This document shows, one piece after another, positions 31,367 through 32,000 of a stretch of DNA of 32,000 nt. The DNA lies in the sequence record OZ361284.1. One strand, written 5' to 3'. The notes beneath the pieces are model-generated. The model searched no databases and was not told the DNA's origin. It saw nothing but the letters and a program-made list of their open reading frames with translations. A program made the position numbers and the translations under genes. The stretch's first letter is position 1. The number at the start of each line of letters is the position of its first letter.

Positions 31367-31828
31367 ATGTCAACAATTATTTCGAATTTAGAAGCAAAAA
31401 CGTTGTTTAGTTCCTTGAACTACGAAATTTTAACTAATTTGTCAATTTTCTTCAACACAAACAAATCGTTATTGCATGCAGAATATGTCGCAATATTGGT
31501 TTTTTTACTAATTGCAATTTTATTAGCTTTTGTAATTGTAATACTATCTTATTTATTAGCAGTTCAAAACCCCGAAACCGAAAAGCTTTCACCGTACGAA
31601 TGCGGTTTTGAACCTTACGAAGATGCTCGGAACACTTTTGAAATTAAGTTCTATGTAGTTGCTATCTTGTTTATTATCTTTGACATTGAAACTATGTTTT
31701 TGTTACCGTGGAGTGTTTCATTATCTCAACTTAGTAATTTAGGTTTCTGGTCAATGATTGATTTTATTATCGAGTTAGGAATTGGTTTTATTTATGTGTG
31801 GTATGTTGGTGCCTTAGAGTGGGATTAA
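31367..31828 (+). CDS. nad3: NADH dehydrogenase subunit 3 (N-terminally extended ORF)
   Basis: 153 aa. ND3 core present (EKLSPYECGFEP...FDIETMFLLPW). The conserved ECG motif sits about 35 aa later than usual, so the true start may be downstream or non-ATG. Confidence 0.92.
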   Translation: MSTIISNLEAKTLFSSLNYEILTNLSIFFNTNKSLLHAEYVAILVFLLIAILLAFVIVILSYLLAVQNPETEKLSPYECGFEPYEDARNTFEIKFYVVAILFIIFDIETMFLLPWSVSLSQLSNLGFWSMIDFIIELGIGFIYVWYVGALEWD

Positions 31829-31840
31829 TACCTATTTTTT

Positions 31841-31914
31841 GTTAGAGAGGAGTAATTGGTAAACTCGTTAGGCTCATGCCCTAAAGATTGTAGGTTCAAG
31901 TCCTACCTCTGACA
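31841..31914 (+). tRNA. trnM: tRNA with CAU anticodon (second copy type; Met, fMet or Ile2 not resolved)
   Basis: 74 nt. Acceptor is GTTAGAG/CTCTGAC, anticodon stem is TTAGG/CCTAA, anticodon loop is CTCATGC (unusual G37 and C38). Confidence 0.82.
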
Positions 31915-31950
31915 AATAAATCAATTTTAATAGTGAAAAAAAAATACCTT

Positions 31951-32000
31951 GGCAGATATAACTCAGTTGGTTTAGAGTATTAGGTTGTGGTCCTAAAAGT
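31951..32000 (+). tRNA. trnH: tRNA-His (GUG), 5' part only (truncated by window end)
   Basis: Encoded G-1 followed by GCAGATA, D-arm ACTC/GAGT, anticodon stem TTAGG/CCTAA, anticodon loop TTGTGGT. The sequence ends in the variable region. Confidence 0.8.

Overview
This window is AT-rich, very gene-dense organellar DNA, and I read it as a segment of a gene-rich algal or protist mitochondrial genome. It carries nad1, nad3, nad4L, nad5, nad7, nad9, nad11, cox1, cox2, cox3, atp9, tatC and about 17 ribosomal-protein genes in bacterial-like clusters. From memory, the gene content and block order look most like ochrophyte (diatom-type) mtDNA, but that placement is inference. The standard genetic code fits: every conserved gene is open without in-frame TGA, and the tRNA-Trp has anticodon CCA. 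I folded 21 tRNAs by eye, the last one truncated by the window end, plus two aberrant tRNA-like elements. cox1 is split into three exons by two group II introns, each encoding a reverse transcriptase/maturase/HNH protein. I derived the exon boundaries from protein continuity, the 5' G(U/C)GCG ends, the domain V sequences and the 3' AC ends.

The accessory or unusual parts are:
- A roughly 1.7 kb repeat region (28224-29905) with four tandem units of 330-400 bp. Each unit contains a nested 24-bp minisatellite in 1, 4, 3 and 1 copies. The array is bracketed by imperfect 101-bp inverted repeats.
- A chimeric ORF (30877-31287) that begins with a duplicated cox1 5' end and continues into a GC-rich tail of unknown origin.
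- A roughly 1 kb spacer between nad11 and cox3 that is relatively GC-rich and unassigned, and contains broken open frames.
- Two small or divergent ORFs that I tentatively read as rpl10-like and rpl31-like.
- nad11, which has no ATG start.

None of these can be called a novel system from sequence alone. All coordinates for tRNAs, introns and repeats were derived by hand and may be off by 1-2 nt.
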